DNA of 64,000 bases from positions 1,344,001 through 1,408,000 of the forward strand of contig OY760175.1 in the NCBI GenBank assembly GCA_963663165.1. The letters are read 5' to 3'. The stretch comes from an uncultured Desulfospira sp. (GTDB lineage: Bacteria; Desulfobacterota; Desulfobacteria; Desulfobacterales; Desulfobacteraceae). Shown here one piece after another: positions 47,994 to 58,923 of this stretch; position 1 is the stretch's first letter, and each line of letters opens with the position of its first letter. Under the pieces are notes generated by a model, which saw only the letters and a program-made list of their open reading frames with translations, made no database searches and was not told the DNA's origin. Both the position numbers and the translations under genes were made by a program.

Positions 47994-50270
47994 CTAAATA
48001 CGCTTATCCCGCAAATCAATCCCCCGTGCCTCCAGCTTATCACGGATTTCATCAGCCAGGGCCCAGTTCTTTTCTTTTCTGGCCTCTTCCCGCTGCTCTA
48101 TCAATTTAAGGGTTTCACGGTCAAAAGACGGATGATCAAAGGAAAAAATGCCCAGTACCGAATCTATTTGTTTAACCATATCCAGAATCTGCTTGGCGCC
48201 CGTTGCATCAATAAACTGATTGTCCACAAGGATATTAATTTCCCGGATCTTTTTTAAAATATTGGACAAGGCCCCCGAAATATTAAGATCATCATCCATG
48301 GCAGCGTTAAATTCATCGCCCATACTCTGAACCAGATGATCCAGCCCGGAAAAGTTCTGCCCCTGGCCGACCTGGTTCAAAGTTTCAACAAAGTTGTCAA
48401 ACCGTTTGAGCACCTTGCCGGCTTGTTCCAGGCGTTCGTCAGACCAGACAACGGGTTTGCGGTAGTTGGTGGACAGCAGCATAAAACGGATTTCCCTTGC
48501 GGTTAAGCCGCTTTCCATCAAGGCCGGGATATTTAAATGCCGGCTTGTTTCATCCACCTCTTTGCCGTCCAGCATTACAGGGCCGCAGTGCATCCAGTAA
48601 TTGGCCAGCATCTTTCCGGTGGCCGCCATGCCGATGGCGATTTCATTTTCATGGTGGGGGAAAATCAAATGCCGGGCACTGGTGTGGATATCAAAATTGG
48701 GGGATAAATATTTCATGGCCATGGCCGGGCACTGGATATGCCAGGATGGCCTGATGTTCCCCCATTGGGTCTCCCAGTATATCCCTTTTTTCAGTTCATT
48801 TAGTTTGGCCCGTTTGAGCAGTGTGAAGTCTTTGGGGTTGTCCTTTTCATAGTCGTCCAGATCCACTGTGGTGCCGACCTTAATCTTATCAAGTTTGACC
48901 CCGGACAGCTCTCCGTAGCTTGGCAGCCTTGAAATGTCAAAATAGACAGATTTGAGCTTTTCATATCCAAACCCCTTACTGATGATTTTTTCCGTTAAAT
49001 CAATCATCTCCTTTACATGATCGCCGGCAAGGGGGAAATGGTTTGCCGGACGGATAGAAAGCAAATCAAGATCCTGCCGGAACATCTTGACATATTTCTG
49101 GGTAAAGGTTTCAAGATCAACGCCTTCTTCTTGTGCCCCCTCAATGGTTTTGTCGTCAATGTCCGTAATATTCATCACATGATTAACGTCATACCCTTTG
49201 TAACTTAGATACCGGCACAGCAGGTCTGAAAACACAAACCGCCGGGCTTCGCCCAGGTGCATCCTGGCATGGACCGTGGGGCCGCAGGAGTATATCCCGA
49301 CATTGCCTTTTTCATTGGGGATAAAGTCCGTTTTTTCACGGCCCAGGGTATTATAAAACCGGATTGAGCTTTTCTTTTCCGGTGCGGAAAACAGCGTGGT
49401 ACTCAGATACCGTTCCCCGCTGTCCGGCAGGATGGTGACAATGGTGCCAGACTCAAGCTCCCTGGAAAGATTGACGGCTGCCGCCATGGCCGCCCCGGAA
49501 CTCATGCCCACAAAAAGTCCCTCTTTTCTGGCCAGCAGCCTTGCCATTTCAAAGGCTTCATCATCTTCAACGGAAACGATCCTGTCCAGCCGTTTTTTAT
49601 CATAAATCCCCGGGGGATAGGATTCTTTCATGTTCTTGAGCCCCTGGATTTTATGCCCTACCCCCGGCTCCACCCCGATGACCTGGATAGCCGGGGCCTT
49701 TTCCTTAATCTTCCTGGAAATCCCCATGAGGGTTCCGCAGGTTCCCATGGTGGCGACAATCATGGACACCTGGCCCTGGGTCTGATTTAAGATTTCCTCA
49801 GCCGTGCCATGGTAATGGGCCATCCAATTGGCCTGGTTGTTGTATTGGTCTACATTAAAATAAAGATCCGGATGCTCCCGGGTCAGCCGGTATGCCTCTT
49901 CAATGGCTCCGTCTGAACCCAGATGGCTGGGGGTCAGGATAATCTTCGCCCCCCTGGCCTCAAGGATTCTTCGCCGTTCCAGGCTGACCGCCCCGGACAT
50001 GGCCAGCAACAGCTGGTACCCCTTGACCGAACAGACCATGGCAAGGCCGATGCCGGTATTCCCGCTGGTGGCCTCGATAACGGTCTTATCTTTTGTCAGC
50101 TCCCCTGACTTCTCCGCCTCCTGGATCATCCAGAGAGCGGCCCGGTCCTTAATGGAACCGCCCGGATTCATATACTCCAGCTTGGCCAGAATCCGGACAT
50201 CCGGATTATCCTGAACGTTCACCTGCACCAGCGGGGTATTGCCGATGGTATCTATTAATGAATTGTACAT
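47994..50270 (-). CDS. cysS: Cysteine synthase (CysK/M) - cysteinyl-tRNA synthetase fusion
   Basis: N-domain IGNTPLV, NPGGSIKDR, EATSGNTG, PDSGERYLS; C-domain YSCGPTV, NITDIDDK, PSWHIQC, FPHHENE, ADEIRD; alternative start at 50303. Confidence 0.9.
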   Translation of the reverse strand: MYNSLIDTIGNTPLVQVNVQDNPDVRILAKLEYMNPGGSIKDRAALWMIQEAEKSGELTKDKTVIEATSGNTGIGLAMVCSVKGYQLLLAMSGAVSLERRRILEARGAKIILTPSHLGSDGAIEEAYRLTREHPDLYFNVDQYNNQANWMAHYHGTAEEILNQTQGQVSMIVATMGTCGTLMGISRKIKEKAPAIQVIGVEPGVGHKIQGLKNMKESYPPGIYDKKRLDRIVSVEDDEAFEMARLLARKEGLFVGMSSGAAMAAAVNLSRELESGTIVTILPDSGERYLSTTLFSAPEKKSSIRFYNTLGREKTDFIPNEKGNVGIYSCGPTVHARMHLGEARRFVFSDLLCRYLSYKGYDVNHVMNITDIDDKTIEGAQEEGVDLETFTQKYVKMFRQDLDLLSIRPANHFPLAGDHVKEMIDLTEKIISKGFGYEKLKSVYFDISRLPSYGELSGVKLDKIKVGTTVDLDDYEKDNPKDFTLLKRAKLNELKKGIYWETQWGNIRPSWHIQCPAMAMKYLSPNFDIHTSARHLIFPHHENEIAIGMAATGKMLANYWMHCGPVMLDGKEVDETSRHLNIPALMESGLTAREIRFMLLSTNYRKPVVWSDERLEQAGKVLKRFDNFVETLNQVGQGQNFSGLDHLVQSMGDEFNAAMDDDLNISGALSNILKKIREINILVDNQFIDATGAKQILDMVKQIDSVLGIFSFDHPSFDRETLKLIEQREEARKEKNWALADEIRDKLEARGIDLRDKRI

Positions 50271-50491
50271 TATATATTGTCTTTCCCTGCCTTGTATTCC
50301 CATTCAAGTTTACCCATAGCCTTTAAATGATTTTCTACACCATAACGTTCCTTAAAATCAATGGGAGGTTTGGCGTACGAAGCCCGGAAACCGGAAAGGA
50401 TAAGCTGATTTAAAGCCCTTGACTTGAGATTACACCCAGAGACCGCTTCTAAAGTCTATGGTCTAAAGTCTAATGTCTATTTCCGATTTTT

Positions 50492-50758
50492 TTGAAAAAG
50501 CTGCCCATCGGCATACAGACCTTTTCCAATATTATCGAAAACAACTATTGCTACGTGGACAAAACCCCCTTGATCGCCAAACTGGTCACCCAGGGGGAAT
50601 ACTATTTCCTGTCCCGGCCCCGGCGTTTCGGCAAAAGCCTGCTCATCGACACCATTGCCCAGGCCTTTCATGGCAGAGAAGAACTTTTCCAGGGCCTTTA
50701 CAACTGGAACTGGGATAAGATCACCGGACAGGTAGAAAAAATACCATCGTATTCTTGA
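50492..50758 (+). pseudogene. N-terminal fragment of an AAA-ATPase-like (PD-(D/E)XK-associated) protein
   Basis: KKLPIGIQTF...YVDKT...SRPRRFGKSL, truncated at 88 aa; preceded by GTCTAA heptamers (50448-50479). Confidence 0.75.
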
Positions 50759-50818
50759 ACTTATCAGGGGGTGTTCTCTTGTGGAAAACACCCCCTTCAA
50801 AGACAAACGGGCGGTTTT

Positions 50819-53800
50819 CTAAGGCGACCATTTATATCCAAAAAGCCTAATGAACATTTCCATATCCGTTTCATCAATACCACCGTCGTTATCGAAATCT
50901 GCCTGCGGGAAATAGGCATCATCTCCGGAACTGCTGCCGAATGCACCGGCCATCAGCACGAGATCGGCTCCGTCAACATCATTGTCTATATCAAAGTCAC
51001 CAAAAGGCGGGGCTATATCCGGATGGCTTTTTCCATCAAGAGGATCAGAACCATTTGTAATTTCCGTGTAGTCGTCAAATCCGTCAGAATCCGTATCGAT
51101 ATCAAAGGGATCGGTTCCATATAAAATTTCGGATTGGTTTGAAAGACCATCCCTATCGGCATCGCCGTCTTCAGAGAATGTCGTAAAATGCCATACGGCC
51201 CCCAAAGTCTGAAGTTCGCTGTCATCTTTAGACAGGATACGCCAGTAATAGGTTGTGCCGAAATCCAGTTTTTCCAGAATAGAAAATTCTGAAAGACTGG
51301 TGGTTCCGAAGACTTCAAGGTTGTCACTATCCGTTGCCATCAGTATCTCGTATACCAAGGTGTCGTTAGAATCCCTGTCCCCACCTTCCCAGGAAAGCGT
51401 TGGCAGCACGGAAACCTGTAAGGCACCTGAAGCCGGATCCGGAAAATATGGCACCAGTGGTGCATGATTGGACTGCCAGGGCATGCCGAAAATTGAGACA
51501 AACCGCTCCAAGTCCTTCTGGTCAATGATATCATCCTCCACCAAATCCGTTTCCGGATCAAAGGCGGCATCCCCGTTGACACTGCCAAAGGACTGGACCA
51601 GCCTAACAAGATCCTTCCCATCGGCATCCTGATCCGAGTCGAAATCTCCGAACAACGGAAAATCCGGGAAGGAAAACTGGCTTAACGGGCTGGTTCCGTT
51701 CCTAATTTCAGAACAATCATCATACCCGTCCTGATCCGTATCCGCTTCAAACGGATCGGTCCCCAATTCTATCTCTTCAGCATTGGTCACCCCGTCTCCA
51801 TCTGCATCTTCCATGGCCGCAAACGTGTGAAAATGCCAGACAGGCCCGCTGGCCTGCAAGCCGTCATTATCCGTTGATACAATGGACCAGAAATAAGTGG
51901 TATTGAAATCCAGATTCTCTAATATGGATGACTCAATACTTTCTATGGTTTCAACCGTAAGCATGTCACTGCCGTCAGTGCCTAACAGGATATCATATGA
52001 AACCGTATCCTCCGGATCAGAGTCCCCCCCCTGCCAGGAAATCGGCACAGATACGGATATGTTTTTGGCCCCGTCTTCCGGGGATGGAATTGAAGGGGGA
52101 TAAGGGGGATGATTTACATCGGGAATCCATGTTATGCTGCCCTGGGCATAAGATATACAGGTGGTTTCTTCATCAGATATCTGAGCGTAAACATAATAGG
52201 TCCCTTCCTCAAGCCCGGATACATCCCATTCATAACTGTCCTGATCCCCATCCGCATCTTCACTGATATCGCCAACGATTAATTCCCCGTCCTGCCCTTG
52301 TGAATCCGTGTCATAATACAAGGATATAAGGGCGTCGGAATCCGGATCTATGTCTTTCCATTCTATTGCCATTACGCTGGCCGGGCTTTCATTGGTCAAT
52401 GTCGTATCCTCATCAGGTGTTGCCAACTCAATAAACGGGGGATTGTTATATGTGTCCTTTAAAACAAAAAAGGCTCCCACTGAACTCCAGTCTCCGTATT
52501 CACCGTGGTTGTCCATAAGCCGGGCACGCCAGTAATACCATTTGCCGTTCTCAAGCTCTAAAGGAATGGGAAATTCAAACCCGTCAGCCAATGTTTGGTT
52601 GATTAGCGGGGCCTCCATTTCCGGATCCGTGTATACCGCCACAGCCATCCGGACCGATTCCCCGTCCGTATCCTGCCCCGGGTGAACGGATAAGGTGGGA
52701 TTGCTGTGGCCGATCCAGGAAAGATGCCCGGGGTTTTGAATCACCGCCTGATCAGGCGGCTCATTAGCGGAATTGATAAAAAATCGGCCATATACCCATT
52801 TACTGTAGCTGCTGCCATCCCCTGCCCGGACCCGCCAGTAATATAAGGTATCATCATTTAAATTGCTGACAGTCCATAGAACAGAATCATCCGAAACCTC
52901 CAAATCCCCTTCACCGGACGTGATAAGATCTGAGGAGTCAAAGGTCTGGGACACATCGACCTGGAATTCATATGAAACCTCATCCCCGTCAGGATCATCC
53001 ACAACGCTGGCCGATAACTCAAGATCAGTGGACTGGATCTCGGCGTCCTGGGCGGGATAAAGCAGATAAGGTTCCTCAGGCTGCTGATTGGCGGTATTAA
53101 CGGTAAAGGAAACCACGGGCCCCGTTGAAGCTGCGCCATTGGCATCGGTTGTGGTGACCTGCCAATAATAAATGGCCCCATCTTCCAGGTCTGTATCCAC
53201 CTGCCATGATACGGTAAAACTTTCCATATCTGCGGTACCGGTGCCGGATGCCGCCGGATCAACCAGTTGAGAATCAGCATACAAAACAAATTCATACGAC
53301 AGTGTATCCTGGTCAGGGTCTGTGCTGCTCTCTGAAACCAGAACCGGGCGAAGGCTGCCGGTTTCTCCTTCATTTTCAGGAAAAACCGGATGGTGGTCCA
53401 AAGGCGGTTCATTGGCCGTATTTACAAAAAAAGCCCCGTGAACCCACAATGAATATGCGATACCGTCAAAGACACGGGAACGCCAGTAATAGGTTGTATT
53501 TTCCTCCAAGGGCACCGGCAGGGCCCAAAGGGCAACATGATCTGATGCTGTAATCCCATCCTGTTCGGTGATTTTCCGGCTAAATCCCTGATCCTCATAC
53601 AGTTCAAATGCATATGTTATTGTTTTGCCGCCCGGTTCAACACTGCAATACACAGACAGATCCGGGGAAAGCACGGATACCGATGCGCCTGGTAACGGCA
53701 AAAGGACTTCAGGCGGATGGGGTGCGTAATTTATAGTGTCCGGTGCTGTACCATTTAAAAATTCATCCGAATCCGACATTCCGTCTTCGTCATAATCCCC

Positions 53801-55492
53801 GGTACCGTCCCGGTCCAGGGTGCCGAAATATTGAATTTCCCACTGATCTTCCAAACTGTCACAGTCGGTGTCGTCAACCGGGCATATTTCAACTGTGGCA
53901 GACCTTGATGTCTCTAAGGTTCCGTCCGATGCGGTAAAGGATAACTGATGCTGCCCTGCCTGGCCTTCCTCAGGGGTCCACTGGAACCGGCCGGTTCCAT
54001 CGCCAAGATCATTAAAAACCGCGCCATCAGGTATTTGATCTGCCGTCAGTACCGGCACAGTTCCATCAGGGTCACTGGCCTTGACAGTAATGGAAAGCAG
54101 CTGGTTTTCCACACCGGTATAGCTGGGAATATACTGCATTACCGGAGCTTGGGGGCTTGAATCAGGTTCCTCAAAAATAAACAAATAGGAAATGGCGGCA
54201 TCTGCATCAAACAAATTAACAAAATATTGCCACGAATCATTGTCATTTCTGATTTTCGATAACCAGACATTTTCTTCTTCAATAACTTTCCCGTCGGAGC
54301 GGATAACCTGCTGGATCTCCTTTTCCCCGTCAAAAGGATCTTTAAATTTTAAATATAAAAAGGCCTCAACAGACGGGACGGTTACAATATACACAGGGCT
54401 TGAGCCGTATTGCTCCAGGATCAGCGACCCGGAATAATCGGTTACATCAGAATCGGATCCCTCAGATTCGTACACCCGGACAGTGTCGTCATCCATGGCC
54501 AGAAAATCCAGCATCTCATCTGAGTCTGAAAGGTCTACCAACACCTCATGAAGAAGAAAATGGGTGGTCACATTCCCTATCAGGGTGATTAAACCGGCTC
54601 CGGATACCTTGGAACCGGAGAACTCTGAAACAAATTCAACAAACTGTCCGGACAGGCTGCTGGTCATTATCCATCGGGCCGTGGTGCATGCCCCGGATAA
54701 AATAGTGCCGAAATCGGCCAACAGGGACGGTGTTTCTTCCTGCCCATTCACACAGGTCCCCTGGATAATAAACTCAACTGCCATATCCTGGCCGCTTGAA
54801 GATATCCTGGGTTCGGCAGATTCGATTGTTAATTCATCGGCAGGCCCGGTACCGTTATTTTTTACCCGGACACCCAAGGAAAAAGGAACCGGTGCTTCAA
54901 TCTCGTCGGTCATTAAATCATCGCCGTAAACCTCTTTGGGAATAAAATAATCCAGGTCAAGCACAGCAGATGGTTTGACAAAAATAATCTGAGGGGTTGC
55001 GTTAATGGAAAAAGGCTCATCACCGACGGTACCCGTAACATTGGCACCCACATAGTAAAGGGTTCCGGCCTCCACTAAACCGGATGCGCCGGACAGGGGG
55101 GTTATAGACCAATCGACAGTTGCCTGTCTTGACGCAGAAACCACCCCCTCTCCCTGGATGTTTTCTATGTTCTCCATGCCGTCCATCTGAGTTAAAAACA
55201 GTATGCCGTCCGTATCTGAGTCTGATGAATAAATAAACTGCGTACCGGTTGCATCTTCAAAAGAAAGGGTAACCCTTATATTTTCTATATCCTCATCAGA
55301 AAGCCAGTTGCTGATTTCAACCTGCATGCTGAAAGGTGCCTGCTCCGCTGTCAGGGTTTGATTAATCTCAATTCCTATCTCTATTTTGGAATCTGCAGCA
55401 ACCACCACTGCATTGCCTTCCCAAATAGGAATCAGCATGCAGGCGATTGCCAGGGCAGTCCGGAATTTATTTTTGTTACATGCATCTAACAT
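50819..55492 (-). CDS. Large secreted multidomain surface protein (Ig/FN3-like repeats, DxDxDG Ca-binding and dockerin-like motifs)
   Basis: Signal peptide; ASDPDG...FQWTP; repeated YYW(R/Q) modules; DADGDG/DTDQDG; GDFDxDxDxDGxDL twice. Confidence 0.85.
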   Translation of the reverse strand: MLDACNKNKFRTALAIACMLIPIWEGNAVVVAADSKIEIGIEINQTLTAEQAPFSMQVEISNWLSDEDIENIRVTLSFEDATGTQFIYSSDSDTDGILFLTQMDGMENIENIQGEGVVSASRQATVDWSITPLSGASGLVEAGTLYYVGANVTGTVGDEPFSINATPQIIFVKPSAVLDLDYFIPKEVYGDDLMTDEIEAPVPFSLGVRVKNNGTGPADELTIESAEPRISSSGQDMAVEFIIQGTCVNGQEETPSLLADFGTILSGACTTARWIMTSSLSGQFVEFVSEFSGSKVSGAGLITLIGNVTTHFLLHEVLVDLSDSDEMLDFLAMDDDTVRVYESEGSDSDVTDYSGSLILEQYGSSPVYIVTVPSVEAFLYLKFKDPFDGEKEIQQVIRSDGKVIEEENVWLSKIRNDNDSWQYFVNLFDADAAISYLFIFEEPDSSPQAPVMQYIPSYTGVENQLLSITVKASDPDGTVPVLTADQIPDGAVFNDLGDGTGRFQWTPEEGQAGQHQLSFTASDGTLETSRSATVEICPVDDTDCDSLEDQWEIQYFGTLDRDGTGDYDEDGMSDSDEFLNGTAPDTINYAPHPPEVLLPLPGASVSVLSPDLSVYCSVEPGGKTITYAFELYEDQGFSRKITEQDGITASDHVALWALPVPLEENTTYYWRSRVFDGIAYSLWVHGAFFVNTANEPPLDHHPVFPENEGETGSLRPVLVSESSTDPDQDTLSYEFVLYADSQLVDPAASGTGTADMESFTVSWQVDTDLEDGAIYYWQVTTTDANGAASTGPVVSFTVNTANQQPEEPYLLYPAQDAEIQSTDLELSASVVDDPDGDEVSYEFQVDVSQTFDSSDLITSGEGDLEVSDDSVLWTVSNLNDDTLYYWRVRAGDGSSYSKWVYGRFFINSANEPPDQAVIQNPGHLSWIGHSNPTLSVHPGQDTDGESVRMAVAVYTDPEMEAPLINQTLADGFEFPIPLELENGKWYYWRARLMDNHGEYGDWSSVGAFFVLKDTYNNPPFIELATPDEDTTLTNESPASVMAIEWKDIDPDSDALISLYYDTDSQGQDGELIVGDISEDADGDQDSYEWDVSGLEEGTYYVYAQISDEETTCISYAQGSITWIPDVNHPPYPPSIPSPEDGAKNISVSVPISWQGGDSDPEDTVSYDILLGTDGSDMLTVETIESIESSILENLDFNTTYFWSIVSTDNDGLQASGPVWHFHTFAAMEDADGDGVTNAEEIELGTDPFEADTDQDGYDDCSEIRNGTSPLSQFSFPDFPLFGDFDSDQDADGKDLVRLVQSFGSVNGDAAFDPETDLVEDDIIDQKDLERFVSIFGMPWQSNHAPLVPYFPDPASGALQVSVLPTLSWEGGDRDSNDTLVYEILMATDSDNLEVFGTTSLSEFSILEKLDFGTTYYWRILSKDDSELQTLGAVWHFTTFSEDGDADRDGLSNQSEILYGTDPFDIDTDSDGFDDYTEITNGSDPLDGKSHPDIAPPFGDFDIDNDVDGADLVLMAGAFGSSSGDDAYFPQADFDNDGGIDETDMEMFIRLFGYKWSP

Positions 55493-55523
55493 TGTCTTAT
55501 GTTTCCTGTGGTCAGAAATAAGA

Positions 55524-55544
55524 CCCCCCCCCCCCCCCCCCCCC
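55524..55544. repeat. C21 homopolymer (G21 on the coding strand) ~32 bp upstream of the surface-protein start
   Basis: Direct count of 21 consecutive C. Confidence 0.9.
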
Positions 55545-55567
55545 GATAAAAATCATCCGTTTGGTTA

Positions 55568-56947
55568 GGGATGTGGTAAAATTAAAACCCACAATTCATT
55601 CCTCATAGCATGGAATATCAACAGCCCATTTTTCAATCCCTGGAATCCGAATAATTTTGTTTTCTATATTATTCACGGCGGACTTGACCAAACGTACCCC
55701 TGTCGGGTAAACACCTTTGATTAATTTGACGACAGGATTTTCTCCTTTCCATGTCATTGTTCGACATAGACCGAGAACCTTTTCAATTTTGTTCAGCAAT
55801 TCGCCTTTCCAATGATTTTCCAAAACACCCCAAACTCGCTCTATTGGGTTGTATTTACTGTGGTACGGGGGATAGTACACCAAACTAATATTTACAAATG
55901 CTGATTTGGCAAAGTCCACGAGGCGACTAATGAATTGGCTCCTTCGGCTACTATTTTCCGGCCCATTATCAAGATTGATCACCAGTGTATGTGGGGCGAA
56001 TCTTGCGTTCAAAGAAGGCCAGAGTGATTCCAGCGCATCAATCATGAAATCAGAGGTGATGTTGCTTTCAGTGAAGTACATATAATTTTCATCCAGAGCA
56101 GGTATGTTGATACCGAAAAGTTTCAAAAGGGAATCGGGTTTAAAATCATGGTCCGCCGCTTTAAGATTGCAACGACTATATCCGCCTCGGGAATAAGGCC
56201 CTATTTTAATAGTGGCTTTTGCGTCCATTGAGATACGTAAAACGCCATCTGTTTCATCGGCTAGTTGGTTTGTCCTATGCACATATTCAAAAATGATGTC
56301 TGTTTCAGGAATTTTTTTTTACCTTGGCTTTGGCGACCTTCTTCAGTTTAAAACCCAATTTATTCATTATGGTGGATAGAGTCCGTACTGTTGGCATATT
56401 CTCAGGGTCATATCCCATGTCGTCAACTAATCGACGGAATACTTCATTCGCAGATATTGGGGAATATAAATTCTGGGTACGGAATGTAGGATCAGTCTGA
56501 CATATAGGGTTTACAATACGAGTTATGTCCTCTTTTAAATTCGGAAAATGTTCTAAACACGATTTCCGGCCTCGTCCGGAAAAATTATCAACACAGGTAA
56601 CTCCGCTTTCTATTTCCCGTCGCCCTTTGATTATTGTTTTCCGATCCCAACCCAGTTCTCTTTCAGCCTTTAGTTGTCCGCCGTGCCCCATAAGGGAGAC
56701 AACGCGTGCCATGAATTGGCGCCGTTCATGGCCTTTTAATTTGCTTCGAGTGGTATTCAGAAAATCCTTTAGTGGTGGCGTTAATTCCGATATAGTTTTG
56801 GGTAAATTGTGCTTAGAATGATCAAACATGGTCCTCCTGTATTTTTTATGTAATCTTCCATGTTGACCATAAACTATCGATTCCATGTTGTCTATAGAAA
56901 TCAGAATTCAGACTATGGAATTGTGGATATTAATTTTTCTGAGGCCC
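55568..56947 (-). mobile_element. ISAzo13-family IS, copy 2
   Basis: TTA on both flanks; differences seen from copy 1 are a 1-bp indel and one substitution upstream of the transposase. Confidence 0.92.
55596..56829 (-). CDS. ISAzo13 transposase in two ORFs joined at an A9 run
   Basis: Protein sequences identical to copy 1. Confidence 0.88.
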
Positions 56948-57002
56948 TTAATTGTTTACCGGACATATCTTAAAGTTTAAAAAGCAGGACCACAGGCGGC
57001 TG

Positions 57003-58832
57003 TTATAGAAAAAACCAGATGCTGTCATATTCCATTGGCGCCTCACCAGTTTCTGCCAATCGGACTAAATAATCCAGAGTTGCCACATCTTTATAAAGAT
57101 AGGTATCACAGGAGACCAGATTCATATCCCATGGATGAAATTCATACAGCCTGCGGCCATCCGGAAGAATGGTCAACAGATCCCGATGCTGCCTGGCCAG
57201 AAGATAATTTTTCCCCAGACCCGGTATATTGAAAACCGCATCATCCGTTCGCCGAAGCCCCGGCACCAGCCGTGCTTCCTCTTTTTGTTCCTGAAGGATT
57301 CTAGCCAGGGGAACCCGGTATGCATTGGTTTCTTCTTTGCCTTTGGGCATAAACGTATAATAAGGATCAATACCCACTCTTCGAAGCAGCATCCTCAGCA
57401 GGGTGCTTTCAAACCGCCTTGACGTAAAAAACGTATATACCTGCTGATTATATACGCCGATTCCCTGCCGTTTGAGCCGGTCAACGGCGAGTGCCGTATC
57501 CGGCGTCACTTCATATGGATGTTCAATATGGGTCATGACGGCTATTTCACGCCGGCCGGGCTCCCGGAACCGGCCCAGGATCTTTGCCAGTTGGTCTGTA
57601 ATCCGCATGGGTAAGGTCACCAATACACGGCTGCCGATACGGATGCAGTCAATATGGTCAATTTCGCAAAGACGGCTAAGCAATGACTCGATTCTCTGGT
57701 CCGGAAGGATAAAGGGATCACCGCCGGTCACCAGGACCTCTTTAATCGCAGGGTGTTTTCGTATCCAGTCCACGGCTGCTTCTATTTCAGCCTCACCGGC
57801 AAAAGAATGCGGGGCCATAACTTCCTCAATCTCCCAATTCCGCTGGCAGTACACGCAAATCTGAGGGCAGGTCATGACCGGTTTCAAGATGGCCACATTG
57901 GGATAACGCCGGGTTACCAGATCTACCGGCGACGTATCGGATTCGAGCATAAAATCAAAAGAGCTCCGGCCGAATTTGCGATGATCCGCCATATGGTCGA
58001 CATAATCTTCAGGCGGGAAAACCTGGGCCCTGATGGCCTGATCATTGACACCTGCTCCCTCTTCCATAAGTGAAAGATAATAAGGTGTTATGCCAAAGGG
58101 AAGCTTTTCTTTTCTTGCTCTTTTAATCAAAGCGTACTGGGCATCTCCTATGTCCATTAGATTGCGGACCGAATCTGCATCGTTAACCACATTCTTAAGG
58201 TGCCATTTCCAGTTGCCCCAGTCGTTTTCATCCGCCCCGAGTTCTTCAAGTATCCGGCTTCTCTGTTTTAACCTGAGTTGAACAGCCTTTTGTGTCAGGC
58301 CATTGGCATAGGATGCCATTTTATGGTCAACCATCTCACCGATCTGGTCCAGCTCAGCCGATCTGATCACGGCCTTTTCCCGGCCTGAAAGCTGATCATT
58401 TTCCTTATGCTCAAACAAAAACTGGAAATCGGCCCGGCCCTCAATGCCTTTTACCCAATTAATCATTTCCGCATAAAATCCCGGGGATAATTCCTCTCCG
58501 GTCTTTCCCTTTGCAATATCCCATACCGCCTGGACCGCATTAAATCCACTGATAGCTTCCGACCGCTCAGAAAAAACATTATGAAGCACCACGCTGCAGT
58601 CCCTCATCCTTATCAACTGGTGGGCGGGAGGATAAGCCCCATTGGAAGGGGAACGAAATAATTGTGAAATCCTTCCCAGCAATGTTTCCCGGACTTCTTC
58701 AAGAGACCTTAGTGCATCAATTCCCTCTAAAAGCTTTGCAGACTCTTTTTTAAAATTATCTATATTGTATAATTTTCTATAATCCCAATTGTCCATATTT
58801 CCATCCCCATAAATGCTTCTAATGGTTTCCAC
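57003..58832 (-). CDS. KamA-family radical SAM protein with N-terminal extension
   Basis: WGNWKWHL, ITPYYLSL, CPQICVYCQR, TGGDP, IRIGSR. Confidence 0.88.
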   Translation of the reverse strand: METIRSIYGDGNMDNWDYRKLYNIDNFKKESAKLLEGIDALRSLEEVRETLLGRISQLFRSPSNGAYPPAHQLIRMRDCSVVLHNVFSERSEAISGFNAVQAVWDIAKGKTGEELSPGFYAEMINWVKGIEGRADFQFLFEHKENDQLSGREKAVIRSAELDQIGEMVDHKMASYANGLTQKAVQLRLKQRSRILEELGADENDWGNWKWHLKNVVNDADSVRNLMDIGDAQYALIKRARKEKLPFGITPYYLSLMEEGAGVNDQAIRAQVFPPEDYVDHMADHRKFGRSSFDFMLESDTSPVDLVTRRYPNVAILKPVMTCPQICVYCQRNWEIEEVMAPHSFAGEAEIEAAVDWIRKHPAIKEVLVTGGDPFILPDQRIESLLSRLCEIDHIDCIRIGSRVLVTLPMRITDQLAKILGRFREPGRREIAVMTHIEHPYEVTPDTALAVDRLKRQGIGVYNQQVYTFFTSRRFESTLLRMLLRRVGIDPYYTFMPKGKEETNAYRVPLARILQEQKEEARLVPGLRRTDDAVFNIPGLGKNYLLARQHRDLLTILPDGRRLYEFHPWDMNLVSCDTYLYKDVATLDYLVRLAETGEAPMEYDSIWFFL

Positions 58833-58923
58833 TTTCTATCAGATCAGACAAAAAAACCAAAAACTTTCCAGTAACAACCATCTTTCCCTGTTCCGTGAGA
58901 TGGGTACGATTATAGGCGTACCT

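Noticed and set aside
26896..56947. Composite transposon between the two ISAzo13 copies
   Set aside because: Each copy has its own TTA duplication, and copy 1 removes cleanly to restore a promoter-like sequence, so independent insertions are simpler. The identical TTA targets mean a composite cannot be strictly excluded.
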